NCBI GenBank assembly: GCA_965199755.1 | Contig: CBDASZ010000001.1 | Coordinates: forward strand, 608,001 to 672,000 | From: an uncultured candidatus Porisulfidus sp. | Lineage (GTDB): Bacteria; Pseudomonadota; Gammaproteobacteria; Poriferisulfidales; Poriferisulfidaceae | Direction of reading: 5' to 3' | Length of the DNA: 64,000 nt | Shown here: piece after piece, positions 43,109 to 53,691 of the stretch | Layout: each line of letters opens with the position of its first letter | Position numbering within the stretch: position 1 is the stretch's first letter | Made by a program: the position numbers and the translations under genes | Notes under the pieces: model-generated | What the model was told of the DNA's origin: nothing | The model's database searches: none | What the model saw: the letters and a program-made list of their open reading frames with translations, nothing else

Positions 43109-43993
43109 ATGGCCCAATTTCACGGCAGCATGGTTGCTATGGCCACCCCTATGGCGTCTTCAGGCGAAGTGGACTATGCCGCGCTCGGCACCTTGGTGGA
43201 CTTTCATCTGGAGCAGGGTAGTGATGCGCTAGTGCCGGTGGGGACCACGGGTGAGTCAGCGACCCTGACAGTCTCGGAGCATCACGAGGTGATCCACCGC
43301 GTCGTGGAACAGGTCAATGGCCGCATTCCGGTGATCGCCGGAACCGGAGCCAACGCTACTGCGGAAGCGATCGAATTGACGCAACGCGCGGAACAAGCGG
43401 GCGTTGATGCTTGCTTGTCGGTGACGCCGTATTACAATAAACCGACTCAAGGGGGGTTATATCAGCATTATCGCGCTATCGCTGAGGCGGCAACATTGCC
43501 GCAAATACTCTATAACGTGCCGGGGCGAACCGCCTGCGACATGTTGCCGGAGACGGTGGCGCGCTGTGCGGAGCTCCCAGGCATTATTGGCATCAAAGAA
43601 GCGACCGGGGAATTGCAGCGTATTCGGCAACTGCGCGAGTGCTGCCCGGAGGAATTTTTGATTATCAGCGGAGACGACGGGACGGCTATGGAAACCCTGC
43701 TCAATGGAGGCGTTGGTGTGATCACAGTCACCGGCAATGTTGCGCCACGCCTGATGCACGAGATGTGTCAGGCCGCTATGGCCGGCGATGAGGAGTCGGC
43801 GCGCACGTATGACCGCAAACTTGAAGCGCTGCATCGCGATCTGTTTGTGGAGTCCAATCCGATTCCTGTCAAATGGTGTCTGCAGCAGATGGGGCTGATC
43901 CCGGAAGGCATTCGCCTGCCGTTGACGCCGTTATCAGAGGAACATCATCCGCGCTTGCGCGCGGCGATGCAGGCGGCGGAGATACAGCCATGA
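43109..43993 (+). CDS. dapA: 4-hydroxy-tetrahydrodipicolinate synthase
   Basis: GTTGES, PYYNKP, LYNVPGRT, GIKEATG, SNPIPVK. Confidence 0.97.
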   Translation: MAQFHGSMVAMATPMASSGEVDYAALGTLVDFHLEQGSDALVPVGTTGESATLTVSEHHEVIHRVVEQVNGRIPVIAGTGANATAEAIELTQRAEQAGVDACLSVTPYYNKPTQGGLYQHYRAIAEAATLPQILYNVPGRTACDMLPETVARCAELPGIIGIKEATGELQRIRQLRECCPEEFLIISGDDGTAMETLLNGGVGVITVTGNVAPRLMHEMCQAAMAGDEESARTYDRKLEALHRDLFVESNPIPVKWCLQQMGLIPEGIRLPLTPLSEEHHPRLRAAMQAAEIQP

Positions 43994-45081
43994 AGCGCGG
44001 CGTATTATTTGGCGGACTGGGCCTGCTGCTGGCGGGTTGCGGTGATGAGCCGCTGACCATTGAGGAGTTGGTGGATGAGGCCACCGAGGTCTTTCAGGGC
44101 GAGTTTTTTGAGGGCGAGGAGGAGTACTCCGCAAGCGGTTCCGTTGAGGCGCTCAAGGTCCCGCCGCAGATGAGCACGCCCGATACCAGCCGACAGCTGG
44201 TGATTCCGAATCTGTCTGGAGTCAGTGCTAAAGCCACGGGCCGCGGCAGCCAGTCGGCGGTGCTACCGGAGTTTCTGGAGATGAAGGTGCGCCGGGAAGG
44301 ATTGGTGCGCTGGTTGGAAGTCGGAGCCGCGCCGCTTGCGGTGTGGCCGCATTTGCGCGAGTTCTGGGAGCAGCAAGGCTTTGAATTGGTGCTGGAGCAA
44401 CCGACTCTGGGCATCATGGAGACACAATGGCGCGGCGCGGTTCGGGATACGGAAGAGGTTGATGAGTCGCAGCACTTCACGGCGGTGCGCGAGAAATTCC
44501 GCGCGCGCATTGAACGCGAACCGAACGGTTACGCCAACCTTTTTGTGACGCGGCAAAGTCTGGAAGTCGCAGGTTTGAGCGAGGACAACAAGGTGGTCTG
44601 GAAGTCAGGCCGTCCGAATCCGGAAGAAGAAGCCGAGATACTGGTGCGCATCATGGAGCATTTCGGCATGTCGCGTCTGGAAGGCGTGGCGACGTTGGAA
44701 GAAGAGCAGGTCGAGAGCACCGTACACCTGGACATCGAAAACATTGGCGGCATCTCGGTGTTGGTGGTGAAAGACGATTTCAGCAGCGTATGGCGTCAGG
44801 TGGCGGTGGCGCTGGAGCGCTCCGGGCTGTATCTGATCGATGTGGATCGCGCCGCCGGCGCGTTGATCTTCCGCTATCGCGGGCGCGGCGCAACGGCAAC
44901 GGGTGATGAGGCGCTATTGCTGGAAGCTCGTCTGCTGGAGCGCAGTCCAGGCATCACACTGGTGACCGCGCATTATCACGACAAGCCCGGACCGCTACCC
45001 AAGGAAATCACCCGTGAAGTCTTGCGGAGTGTGGTGGCGGCGTACACCTTGATCCCGCGCGCCACGGCGCAGGGCAAGTAA
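43990..45081 (+). CDS. bamC: Outer-membrane protein assembly lipoprotein BamC (NlpB)
   Basis: Lipobox LLAGC, LKVPP, WPHLREFW, GIMETQW; ATGA overlap with dapA. Confidence 0.82.
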   Translation: MKRGVLFGGLGLLLAGCGDEPLTIEELVDEATEVFQGEFFEGEEEYSASGSVEALKVPPQMSTPDTSRQLVIPNLSGVSAKATGRGSQSAVLPEFLEMKVRREGLVRWLEVGAAPLAVWPHLREFWEQQGFELVLEQPTLGIMETQWRGAVRDTEEVDESQHFTAVREKFRARIEREPNGYANLFVTRQSLEVAGLSEDNKVVWKSGRPNPEEEAEILVRIMEHFGMSRLEGVATLEEEQVESTVHLDIENIGGISVLVVKDDFSSVWRQVAVALERSGLYLIDVDRAAGALIFRYRGRGATATGDEALLLEARLLERSPGITLVTAHYHDKPGPLPKEITREVLRSVVAAYTLIPRATAQGK

Positions 45082-45113
45082 TCAATTTTTGTGGCCCGTC
45101 GCCGGGCGGTCAA

Positions 45114-46010
45114 TCAGTCGTCGCCGGAATGGTCGCGCGTCATGGTGGCGGATTGCAGCCGTGACATGGCGAGGTAGGTGATGTTGCCTTTGCGCATAAC
45201 CACATCGCGTGACTTGTCTTTTTCGATGCAGGCGTATGCTGAATGATTGTGGATCGACTCAAAGTTTTCTGACTCCACCCGATAGGTACGGATGCGATCA
45301 TCGTCATTGAGTTGCAGGGCGATGTCACGCACCATGTCCTCGACAAACTTGGCATTGTCGTAGGCGCGCTCGGTGACATATTTCTCGTCACCGCGTTTAA
45401 GCAGTCCGTACAGTTCACAGGAGGCCTGCGCTTCAGCCATCTCAATCAGATCCTCAATCCAGACCGGCTTTGCCACAGTGACGGTCAGCGTGATGTGCGA
45501 GCGCTGGTTGTGCGCGCCATAGTCCGAGATGCTCTTGGAGCAGGGGCACAGACTGGTGACCGGCACAGTGATGCCTACTTCCAGTTGGCTGTCGCTCGCA
45601 TTGATCTGGCCGCGAAGCGTCACCTGATAATCAAGATAACTGCGTACGCCGGAGACGGGAGCCGTCTTCGCCATAAAAAACGGGAAGCTCATTTCGATGG
45701 TGCCCTTCTCGGCACTGAGCCGCCCGGTCATGGTGCGCATCAGGGTATGGAAACTTTCCAGCGACAAGGCCTCGCGTTTTTGTTCCAGGACTTCCACGAA
45801 GCGCGACATGTGCGTGCCCTTGACATCGGGAGGCAGATTAACCGTCATGGTGATACGCGCCACGGTGGACTGCGCCTCACCGCTGCGATCAACGAACTTG
45901 ACCGGATGCAGAATGTCCTTGATGCCGACCTTGTTAATAGGGATCGCGCGCGTGTCGGCGAGTGCCTGTTCGTCAGGCAGAGGTGCGGTCGCTGGGACGG
46001 GATTGGCCAT
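45114..46010 (-). CDS. folE2: GTP cyclohydrolase FolE2 (type IB)
   Basis: [48 protein letters not shown]. Confidence 0.95.
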   Translation of the reverse strand: MANPVPATAPLPDEQALADTRAIPINKVGIKDILHPVKFVDRSGEAQSTVARITMTVNLPPDVKGTHMSRFVEVLEQKREALSLESFHTLMRTMTGRLSAEKGTIEMSFPFFMAKTAPVSGVRSYLDYQVTLRGQINASDSQLEVGITVPVTSLCPCSKSISDYGAHNQRSHITLTVTVAKPVWIEDLIEMAEAQASCELYGLLKRGDEKYVTERAYDNAKFVEDMVRDIALQLNDDDRIRTYRVESENFESIHNHSAYACIEKDKSRDVVMRKGNITYLAMSRLQSATMTRDHSGDD

Positions 46011-46214
46011 GCTTGATTCCGGTGAAGAAGTCTCCTTATGGACACATATTAGCAAAAGAGTTGCGACGGCAAATATAGCAGCCCTGACCGGCATGCCTCT
46101 GAGCTGTGTCGGGTTGACAGAGGCAGTAGAGTTTGAGAGGGCTTGGCGTTGTTTGTGTGGAGCAAGTGGAAGTAGTCAGCGCACCAAGTGAAAATCGAGC
46201 GGTGATACCCTCAA

Positions 46215-47465
46215 TCATGCGGTTATATTCTTCGGCCAACGTGCCGAAACGTCAAACTCAAACAACTCTTTTTTCGAGTTTCGCTTTCTGATCGCGCGGC
46301 ACTCGATATTATCGAAGCCTAGGTTTTGTAGCATGGCTGAGTACACCTTCTCTACCGACAAAAGCACCCCATAAAAAGTCGAATTCCCAACAATATAGTG
46401 CAGCTCTGCGCCTGACCTCAAGACCGGTGCCAAGGACCTGAAATGTTCCCAAATATCATCAAAATACCTGGAGATATAGTTCGCCATGATTTTGCCGTTC
46501 TTGTTGTCGCGATGTGAGATGTTCTCCAGTGCAGAGTCCAGCATCGGATGATGAAATGTTTTTTCTGTCGGTTCCCACTCAGCCAGTCTGCTCGTTGCAA
46601 TTCCCCAAGTGCCTCCGATTGCCTGCCAGTCTAATTCACCTGCATCACTGCCATTGGCCAGAAATCCGAGCCAATACATGTAGGGCCTGAGTTCGCGAAT
46701 ATACGACATGCGATTAGCGTAAGGTGGAGAGGTGATGATCAGATCAAAAGTACCTTCCACCACTTCGGTCAACTTCCGCGCATCCCCGAAAAAAACTTGG
46801 CCTGTTCTCTCCGGGTTGTTGCGTGCTCCCTGCAGCACAAAATTCACGTTATTAGTGAACACCTGCTCCCGGTCGACACGAAACAAATCGTTCGATTGTT
46901 CAGCGTCCTTGAAAGACATGGATTGATGATTGAATGCGGCACTGGAAAGTTCGATCAAGGTTCTGCAGAAGGCGATGAGCAGCAGGTTCCTTTCTGGTGA
47001 TTGCTCTTCTGCCGCATAGTCGATGGCAGCTCTCAACTTGCACAGAAAAATCAGTGCGTCCTCGCACCACCAGCGCTGTATGTTGTGAATAGTTGGTGCT
47101 GTTATCGGTTCGACCGCGTCTTCCTTGACCGCCTCAATAATCCGAGGGGTCGCATCACGAGTCGCTGCTATAACGGTGCTGGAGTATCGCGCCATCTTGG
47201 CTTGCGCAAACCAGACGAGAAACGGATTGATTTCCGTAGTCACGCCTTCGTGCCCATGGTAGGCGGCGATCAGTGCTGTGGTTGCTGTCCCGCAAAAAGG
47301 GTCCAGAACCCGTTGCGGTCGATCATGCCGATAAATCAGTTCTTCAACCATCTTGACCGAATAAGCGGGAGTAAGCCGCAACCAGCCATGCCGCCCGGCT
47401 GTCGCGTTGAATTTCTGCGTGTAATCTGATCTTTGTCGCAGTTGAGTTCTGGGAACAGCACTCAT
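46215..47465 (-). CDS. DNA methyltransferase, probably N4-cytosine
   Basis: Motif I VLDPFCGTATT precedes catalytic motif IV TSPPY; visibly AT-richer than flanks. Confidence 0.88.
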   Translation of the reverse strand: MSAVPRTQLRQRSDYTQKFNATAGRHGWLRLTPAYSVKMVEELIYRHDRPQRVLDPFCGTATTALIAAYHGHEGVTTEINPFLVWFAQAKMARYSSTVIAATRDATPRIIEAVKEDAVEPITAPTIHNIQRWWCEDALIFLCKLRAAIDYAAEEQSPERNLLLIAFCRTLIELSSAAFNHQSMSFKDAEQSNDLFRVDREQVFTNNVNFVLQGARNNPERTGQVFFGDARKLTEVVEGTFDLIITSPPYANRMSYIRELRPYMYWLGFLANGSDAGELDWQAIGGTWGIATSRLAEWEPTEKTFHHPMLDSALENISHRDNKNGKIMANYISRYFDDIWEHFRSLAPVLRSGAELHYIVGNSTFYGVLLSVEKVYSAMLQNLGFDNIECRAIRKRNSKKELFEFDVSARWPKNITA

Positions 47466-48277
47466 GTTGATTCCGGGGCCAACAGGGTCTTCAAAATGGT
47501 ATTCATTTCCGAACGAAGCGTTTTAGCATTTCGCTCAAAAAATGCTGCCAAGTCATATCCGACAACATTCTTAATGAAGTCATAGGTAGATAGCAGAGGA
47601 CCCTCGGCACCAACTGTACCTGTCAAGACCGACCACTTGTTAGCACGGTAGCGCAGAAGAATGTCACCATCAATTTGTCCCGACAATACTACAACACATG
47701 GGAAGTACCCTTTTGTATAAGCAATCGCTGCATTGGCCATATCGGCGTCTTGGCGCTTTGAATCTTTGCTCTTGTAGCCTTGGCGAACCTCAAAAACAAC
47801 ACCCGTCAAACTCTTCAGCACCTTCTCGTCAATATCCAGCATGTTCGCCGAACTGTTCATCCACTGAACGAGGGCGTTACGTTTTCTTTTGCTCCCAACC
47901 TTCTCGAAAGGAATCCGGCAATCCAGATGCAGGGTTCGCTTCCGCCCACTCGGTGTAGTGACCTGATAAGACCATGCTGCGTCTTCCTCAGCCAATCCGA
48001 GTGAATCCTTAATGATTGTCCGAAATAATTTCTCGCAGCCAATACCGACTTGTCGATACACGCTTGTCATGCCGCCTGCAGTTTTGTGGGCTACATACAT
48101 CATGGGATTATCCAAACCAAGCCAACTATAAAATATATCCGCTTGATACAAATCCTGAAACTGATTCAGCGTCAGTCCTCCACCTTTTGAGCCTTGACCA
48201 AATTTAGGCTTGTAATGAGCGGATACTCTGATCGAATCCAGAATAATCTGTAGGTATTCCTTATCCGTAGCACTCAT
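47462..48277 (-). CDS. Putative type II restriction endonuclease
   Basis: 4-nt overlap with the methylase; candidate nuclease residues LD..EVRQGYKSKD; function inferred from context. Confidence 0.65.
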   Translation of the reverse strand: MSATDKEYLQIILDSIRVSAHYKPKFGQGSKGGGLTLNQFQDLYQADIFYSWLGLDNPMMYVAHKTAGGMTSVYRQVGIGCEKLFRTIIKDSLGLAEEDAAWSYQVTTPSGRKRTLHLDCRIPFEKVGSKRKRNALVQWMNSSANMLDIDEKVLKSLTGVVFEVRQGYKSKDSKRQDADMANAAIAYTKGYFPCVVVLSGQIDGDILLRYRANKWSVLTGTVGAEGPLLSTYDFIKNVVGYDLAAFFERNAKTLRSEMNTILKTLLAPEST

Positions 48278-48564
48278 GGCGCACCTCTCCCACTTAAGTA
48301 GAGGTTGCTACAGAGACTTGGCAGCTCACTGTACGTCAACGGCATTACTTTTACTTTTGCCGATTGATTATTCATGGGCCGCGTGTGGCCTGAGTAAATA
48401 CCCAAGGCACAAGCCGATACTGAAAACATTGCTCTATCCTCGCTTGCTGATTACTGGCAACTCTCTGCCAGTAAGATAGGACTCATCATATTACACCTCT
48501 TTCCACACAAAACGGTGAAGCACCATTTCAGGTGCGGCTGACATACAAGTAGATGAGCCGGGTA

Positions 48565-49356
48565 ATGACAGAGAAACCTCACCTCACATCTTTCGTACAG
48601 GTAACCGAGCGTGTCGAAGAATCCTGGCTGTGCTATCAGGCTGATACAAGCAATGCTCTGATGCGCGATAGTCTTCTGCACCGCTTTAAGATCGCCTACG
48701 AGATGGCATGCAAAGTGCTGAAGCGCTATCTGCAGTATGCTTCCGCAGAGCCGGGACAGTTCAGACAGATGGGCTTTCAGGACGTCATTCGCACGGCAAA
48801 CCAACAGGGCCTGCTTTTGGGTGGTTTATCGGACTGGCTCTTTTTTCGAGACATGCGCGGTCGCACCAGTTACGCCTACGAGGATGAGGTCGCACTGGAG
48901 ATTGCAAAAAACACACCACGTTTTCTGAAAGAGGCAACTTACTTGCGTGACCGACTGCTGGAACGCTTGGAACTTGTGGATGTAGCTGAACCGGATGAGC
49001 TGTCACGTCCCACGACTCGGAATAAAGACTACGGGGTCATTGACTTGAGCGCAGACCATTTGGCCTTTGTACGTGAAGTGCTGCAGCGGCACGTACCGGA
49101 GCGAGAGGTGCTGGTGTTTGGATCCCGCGTGCAAGGCACCGCGCGCGAATATTCCGATCTTGATCTTGCTATTCAGGGCGATGCGCCTCTTCCACTTAAT
49201 GTGGTTCTGGATATGACAGCAAGTTTCAGAGATTCTGATTTCCCGCTCAAGGTAGACGTCGTGGATTTGGCGAGTGTCGATGAGTCCTTCCGCGACATTA
49301 TTCTCCGTGATGGGATAGCGATACAGCCCCCTTCAGAGACGCCCTCATCGGAATAA
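48565..49356 (+). CDS. Fused HEPN (HI0074-like) - minimal nucleotidyltransferase (MNT) protein
   Basis: RDSLLHRF..KVLKRYL..FQDVIRTANQQGLL..MRGRTSYAY, linker, then FGSRVQGTAREYSDLDL and KVDVVD. Confidence 0.85.
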   Translation: MTEKPHLTSFVQVTERVEESWLCYQADTSNALMRDSLLHRFKIAYEMACKVLKRYLQYASAEPGQFRQMGFQDVIRTANQQGLLLGGLSDWLFFRDMRGRTSYAYEDEVALEIAKNTPRFLKEATYLRDRLLERLELVDVAEPDELSRPTTRNKDYGVIDLSADHLAFVREVLQRHVPEREVLVFGSRVQGTAREYSDLDLAIQGDAPLPLNVVLDMTASFRDSDFPLKVDVVDLASVDESFRDIILRDGIAIQPPSETPSSE

Positions 49357-49372
49357 ACCCGAAACTCATTTG

Positions 49373-49381
49373 TGCTATACT
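49373..49381 (+). promoter_or_regulatory. Extended -10 promoter of the str operon
   Basis: TGcTATACT followed by GC-rich discriminator-like TGCGCCC. Confidence 0.6.
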
Positions 49382-49464
49382 TGCGCCCTGAATTTCGCGG
49401 GCCAGCCCTCGATTGGGGGTTGGCCTGTTTTAATAATTAAACCGATGACTATGGTTTGTCTGCG

Positions 49465-49842
49465 ATGGCAACGATTAACCAGCTGGTCCGCAAGCGACGC
49501 AAGCGGCCCACGAGCAAGAGTAATGTTCCGGCGTTAGCGCGTTGTCCGCAACGTCGTGGTGTCTGCACGCGCGTCTACACCACTACCCCCAAGAAACCCA
49601 ACTCCGCACTGCGAAAAGTCGCCCGCGTCCGTTTGACCAACGGCTTTGAGGTGACCTCTTATATTGGTGGGGAAGGACATAATCTGCAAGAGCACTCCGC
49701 CGTCCTGATTCGGGGCGGTCGAGTCAAGGATCTGCCCGGCGTACGCTATCACACAGTACGCGGCAGTCTCGACACTCAGGGGGTCGCCGATCGGCGACAA
49801 GGCCGTTCCAAGTACGGAACAAAGCGCCCCAAATCCAACTGA
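49465..49842 (+). CDS. rpsL: 30S ribosomal protein S12
   Basis: [29 protein letters not shown]. Confidence 0.99.
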   Translation: MATINQLVRKRRKRPTSKSNVPALARCPQRRGVCTRVYTTTPKKPNSALRKVARVRLTNGFEVTSYIGGEGHNLQEHSAVLIRGGRVKDLPGVRYHTVRGSLDTQGVADRRQGRSKYGTKRPKSN

Positions 49843-49866
49843 TCCCCGCCGTTTCTGGAGTCTGCC

Positions 49867-50337
49867 ATGCCGCGCCGTCGCGATGTTCCTGAACGCCCGA
49901 AACAGCCAGACCCAAAGTACGGCAAGGAGCAGCTCAGCCGCTTTATTAACGCGCTGATGCGCGATGGCAAGAAGTCGGTGGCGGAACGCATCCTGTATGA
50001 CGCACTCGATGAAATCGCGCGAGTACGTGGCGGTGACGCAACGGTCGTGCTGGAATTGGCGCTCGAGAATGTTCGCCCGCCGGTTGAAGCCAAGCCGCGT
50101 CGCGTCGGCGGCGCTACCTATCAGGTGCCGGTTGAAGTGCGTCCGCAACGCCAGGAAGCGCTGGCTATCCGCTGGATTATTGAATCGGCGCGTAAGCGCT
50201 CGGAGACTTCCATGAAGCGCCGGCTGGCCGGCGAGTTAATGGACGCGGCGGACCAAAAAGGTATCGCCATCAAGAAACGCGAAGACACGCTTAGCATGGC
50301 GGAGTCGAACCGCGCGTTTTCACACTATCGCTGGTAA
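49867..50337 (+). CDS. rpsG: 30S ribosomal protein S7
   Basis: [32 protein letters not shown]. Confidence 0.99.
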   Translation: MPRRRDVPERPKQPDPKYGKEQLSRFINALMRDGKKSVAERILYDALDEIARVRGGDATVVLELALENVRPPVEAKPRRVGGATYQVPVEVRPQRQEALAIRWIIESARKRSETSMKRRLAGELMDAADQKGIAIKKREDTLSMAESNRAFSHYRW

Positions 50338-50358
50338 GGCGACAGCTGGAATACGATC

Positions 50359-52455
50359 ATGGGACGCGAGACTCCGCTGCATCGCTATCGCAATATCGGC
50401 ATCATGGCCCATATTGACGCCGGCAAGACCACCACCACTGAACGCATCCTGTTCTACACCGGCATTTCGCACAAGATTGGCGAAGTGCATGACGGTGCGG
50501 CGGTCATGGACTGGATGGAGCAAGAGCAGGAGCGCGGCATCACCATCACCTCGGCGGCCACCACCTGTTTCTGGCAGGGCATGGCCGGGGATATGGACGC
50601 GCACCGCATCAATATCATCGACACGCCGGGGCACGTTGACTTCACCATTGAGGTGGAGCGTTCGCTGCGTGTGCTGGATGGTGCCTGCGCAGTGTTTTGC
50701 GCGGTCGGCGGCGTTGAGCCGCAGTCCGAAACAGTCTGGCGTCAGGCCAACAAGTATGGCGTGCCGCGTCTGGCTTTCGTCAACAAAATGGATCGCGCCG
50801 GCGCGGACTTCAACCGCGTCGTCACTCAGATTAAAGAGCGCCTTCGGGCGACCCCGGTGCGCCTGCAGTTGCCAGTCGGAGCGGCGGAAGATTTTCGTGG
50901 TGTCATTGACTTGATTACATGCAAGAAAATCGTTTGGAATGAAGATGATATGGGCGCAACCTTCGAACTGGAATCGGTGCCGGAAGAGCAAGAGTCTGAG
51001 GTTAAGGAGGCGCGTGAGGAACTGGTCGAAATCGCGGCTGAAGGCAACGATGAATTAATGGAGAAGTACCTGGAAGACGGCAAGCTTTCAGATGACGAAA
51101 TTCGCACCGGACTGCGCGCGCGTACGCTGCGCAACGAAGTGATCCCGGTGCTGTGCGGTTCCGCATTCAAGAACAAGGGCGTGCAGGCGATGCTTGACGC
51201 CGTGGTGCACTATCTGCCGGCCCCGAATGACGTGCCGGCTATTTCCGGCTTGCTGGACTCCGGCGATGAAGGCCAGCGTCAACCTTCGGATGACGAGCCG
51301 TTCGCGGCCTTGGCATTCAAGGTGGCGACCGACCCCTTTGTCGGCACGCTGACATTCTTCCGCATGTATTCCGGTGTGCTGAACTCAGGTTCAGCGGCCT
51401 TCAATCCGCGCCGCACCAACAAGGAGCGCATTGGGCGCATCCTGCAGATGCACTCGAATCACCGCGAGGAGATCAAGGAAGTGCGCGCTGGCGACATCGC
51501 TGCCGCGGTCGGCCTGAAAGATGTGGCGACCGGCGACACGCTGTGCGCGGTCAATGATGTGATCGAGCTGGAGAAAATGGAGTTCCCGGAGCCGGTGATT
51601 TCGGTTGCGGTGGAGCCTAAGACCAAAGCCGATCAGGAGAAGATGAGCGTATCTCTGCAGAAACTGGCGCAAGAAGACCCGTCCTTCCGGGTGTCCTCTG
51701 ATGAGGAATCCGGGCAGACCATTATTTCCGGCATGGGCGAGTTGCACCTCGACATTCTGGTTGATCGCATGATGCGCGAGTTCAATGTGGAAGCCAATGT
51801 CGGCGCGCCGCAGGTCAATTACCGCGAAACCATCCGCCAGCCGATTGAAGAGGAAGGCCGCTTTGTACGCCAGACCGGCGGGCGCGGGCAATACGGACAT
51901 GTGTGGCTGCGCATTGAGCCGCAAGAGCCGGGCAGCGGCTACATTTTTGCCAATGAGATCACCGGCGGCGTGGTGCCAAAGGAATATATCCCCGCGGTCG
52001 GCAAGGGCATTGAGGAACAAATGCAAAATGGCGTAATCGCCGGCTATCCGGTGGTCGACGTCAAGGTTACTCTGTATGACGGCTCCTACCATGAGGTGGA
52101 TTCTTCGGAAACGGCCTTCAAGGTGGCGGGTTCGATGGCGTTTCGCGATGGCGCGCAAAAAGCCTCACCGGTGCTGCTGGAGCCAGTTATGAAGGTCGAG
52201 GTAGTGACGCCGGAAGAATACATGGGCGATGTGGTCGGCGATCTGAACCGACGTCGCGGCATGGTCGGCGGCATGGAAGACGCTCCGTCCGGCAAGATCA
52301 TTCGCGCCGATGTGCCGCTGAAAGAGATGTTCGGTTACGCGACCGCGTTGCGCTCTGCGACGCAAGGGCGCGCGACCTACACAATGGAATTCAACAAATA
52401 TGCGGAAGTCCCGAACAGCATTGCTGAAACCGTGATTTCTCGCAGCAGCCACTAA
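50359..52455 (+). CDS. fusA: Elongation factor G
   Basis: [30 protein letters not shown]. Confidence 0.99.
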   Translation: MGRETPLHRYRNIGIMAHIDAGKTTTTERILFYTGISHKIGEVHDGAAVMDWMEQEQERGITITSAATTCFWQGMAGDMDAHRINIIDTPGHVDFTIEVERSLRVLDGACAVFCAVGGVEPQSETVWRQANKYGVPRLAFVNKMDRAGADFNRVVTQIKERLRATPVRLQLPVGAAEDFRGVIDLITCKKIVWNEDDMGATFELESVPEEQESEVKEAREELVEIAAEGNDELMEKYLEDGKLSDDEIRTGLRARTLRNEVIPVLCGSAFKNKGVQAMLDAVVHYLPAPNDVPAISGLLDSGDEGQRQPSDDEPFAALAFKVATDPFVGTLTFFRMYSGVLNSGSAAFNPRRTNKERIGRILQMHSNHREEIKEVRAGDIAAAVGLKDVATGDTLCAVNDVIELEKMEFPEPVISVAVEPKTKADQEKMSVSLQKLAQEDPSFRVSSDEESGQTIISGMGELHLDILVDRMMREFNVEANVGAPQVNYRETIRQPIEEEGRFVRQTGGRGQYGHVWLRIEPQEPGSGYIFANEITGGVVPKEYIPAVGKGIEEQMQNGVIAGYPVVDVKVTLYDGSYHEVDSSETAFKVAGSMAFRDGAQKASPVLLEPVMKVEVVTPEEYMGDVVGDLNRRRGMVGGMEDAPSGKIIRADVPLKEMFGYATALRSATQGRATYTMEFNKYAEVPNSIAETVISRSSH

Positions 52456-52472
52456 AACATCGGGAGGCTCTA

Positions 52473-53663
52473 ATGGCGAAGGAAAAATTCGAACGCACGA
52501 AGCCGCACATTAATGTCGGCACGATCGGTCATGTAGATCATGGCAAGACCACGCTGACGGCGGCGCTGACCAAAGTGATGGCGGAGGCGCACGGCGGCGA
52601 GGTTCGCGATTATTCGCAGATTGACAATGCGCCGGAAGAGCGCGAGCGCGGCATCACGATTGCGACCGCGCACGTGGAATACGAATCCGATGCGCGCCAT
52701 TACGCGCATGTGGACTGTCCCGGCCACGCGGACTACGTGAAGAACATGATCACTGGAGCGGCGCAGATGGACGCGGCGATTCTGGTGGTGAGCGCGGCGG
52801 ACGGTCCGATGCCGCAGACCAACGAGCATATTCTGCTGGCCCGTCAGGTTGGCGTGCCGCACATTCTGGTGTACCTGAACAAGGCCGACCAGGTGGACGA
52901 CGATGAGTTGCTGGAGTTGGTGGAAATGGAAGTGCGCGAACTGCTCAGCAAGTATGAGTTTCCCGGCGACGACACGCCAATCATCACAGGATCGGCGCTG
53001 CAGGCGCTGGAAGGTGACACCAGCGAGCACGGCATTGAGTCGGTGCAGAAGCTGGTAGAGGCGATGGATAGTTACATTCCTGAGCCGGAGCGCGCGATTG
53101 ATGGTGCGTTTTTGATGCCGGTGGAGGATGTCTTCACGATTTCCGGTCGCGGCACGGTGGTGACGGGCCGAGTGGAACGCGGCATCATCAAGGTTGGCGA
53201 AGAAGTCGAGATGGTGGGCATTCGCGACACCGAGACGACCACCTGCACGGGTGTTGAGATGTTCCGCAAGTTGCTGGATGAAGGTCGCGCAGGCGACAAC
53301 ATCGGAGTGCTGCTGCGCGGCACCAAGCGTGAGGAAGTGGAGCGCGGTCAGGTGTTGTGCCAGCCGGGTTCGATCACCCCGCACACAGAATTTGACGCGG
53401 AGATTTACTGCCTGACGAAGGAAGAGGGCGGACGCCACTCGCCGTTTGTGTCGGGTTATCGTCCGCAGTTTTATTTCCGCACCACGGATGTGACGGGGGC
53501 AGTGAACCTGCCGTCGGGCACGGACATGGTGATGCCGGGCGACAATGTCACGATTTCGGTCGAGCTGGGCGCTCCGATCGCAATGGAAGAAGGTCTGCGT
53601 TTCGCCATGCGCGAAGGTGGCCGCACCATCGCTTCCGGCGTCGTCACCAAGATTAACAAGTAA
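52473..53663 (+). CDS. tuf: Elongation factor Tu
   Basis: [43 protein letters not shown]. Confidence 0.99.
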   Translation: MAKEKFERTKPHINVGTIGHVDHGKTTLTAALTKVMAEAHGGEVRDYSQIDNAPEERERGITIATAHVEYESDARHYAHVDCPGHADYVKNMITGAAQMDAAILVVSAADGPMPQTNEHILLARQVGVPHILVYLNKADQVDDDELLELVEMEVRELLSKYEFPGDDTPIITGSALQALEGDTSEHGIESVQKLVEAMDSYIPEPERAIDGAFLMPVEDVFTISGRGTVVTGRVERGIIKVGEEVEMVGIRDTETTTCTGVEMFRKLLDEGRAGDNIGVLLRGTKREEVERGQVLCQPGSITPHTEFDAEIYCLTKEEGGRHSPFVSGYRPQFYFRTTDVTGAVNLPSGTDMVMPGDNVTISVELGAPIAMEEGLRFAMREGGRTIASGVVTKINK

Positions 53664-53691
53664 GCACGGACGCTCGCACGGGATCTCGCTC

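Noticed and set aside
49585-49745. Streptomycin-resistance changes in S12
   Set aside because: PKKPNS and RVKDLPG motifs are wild type.
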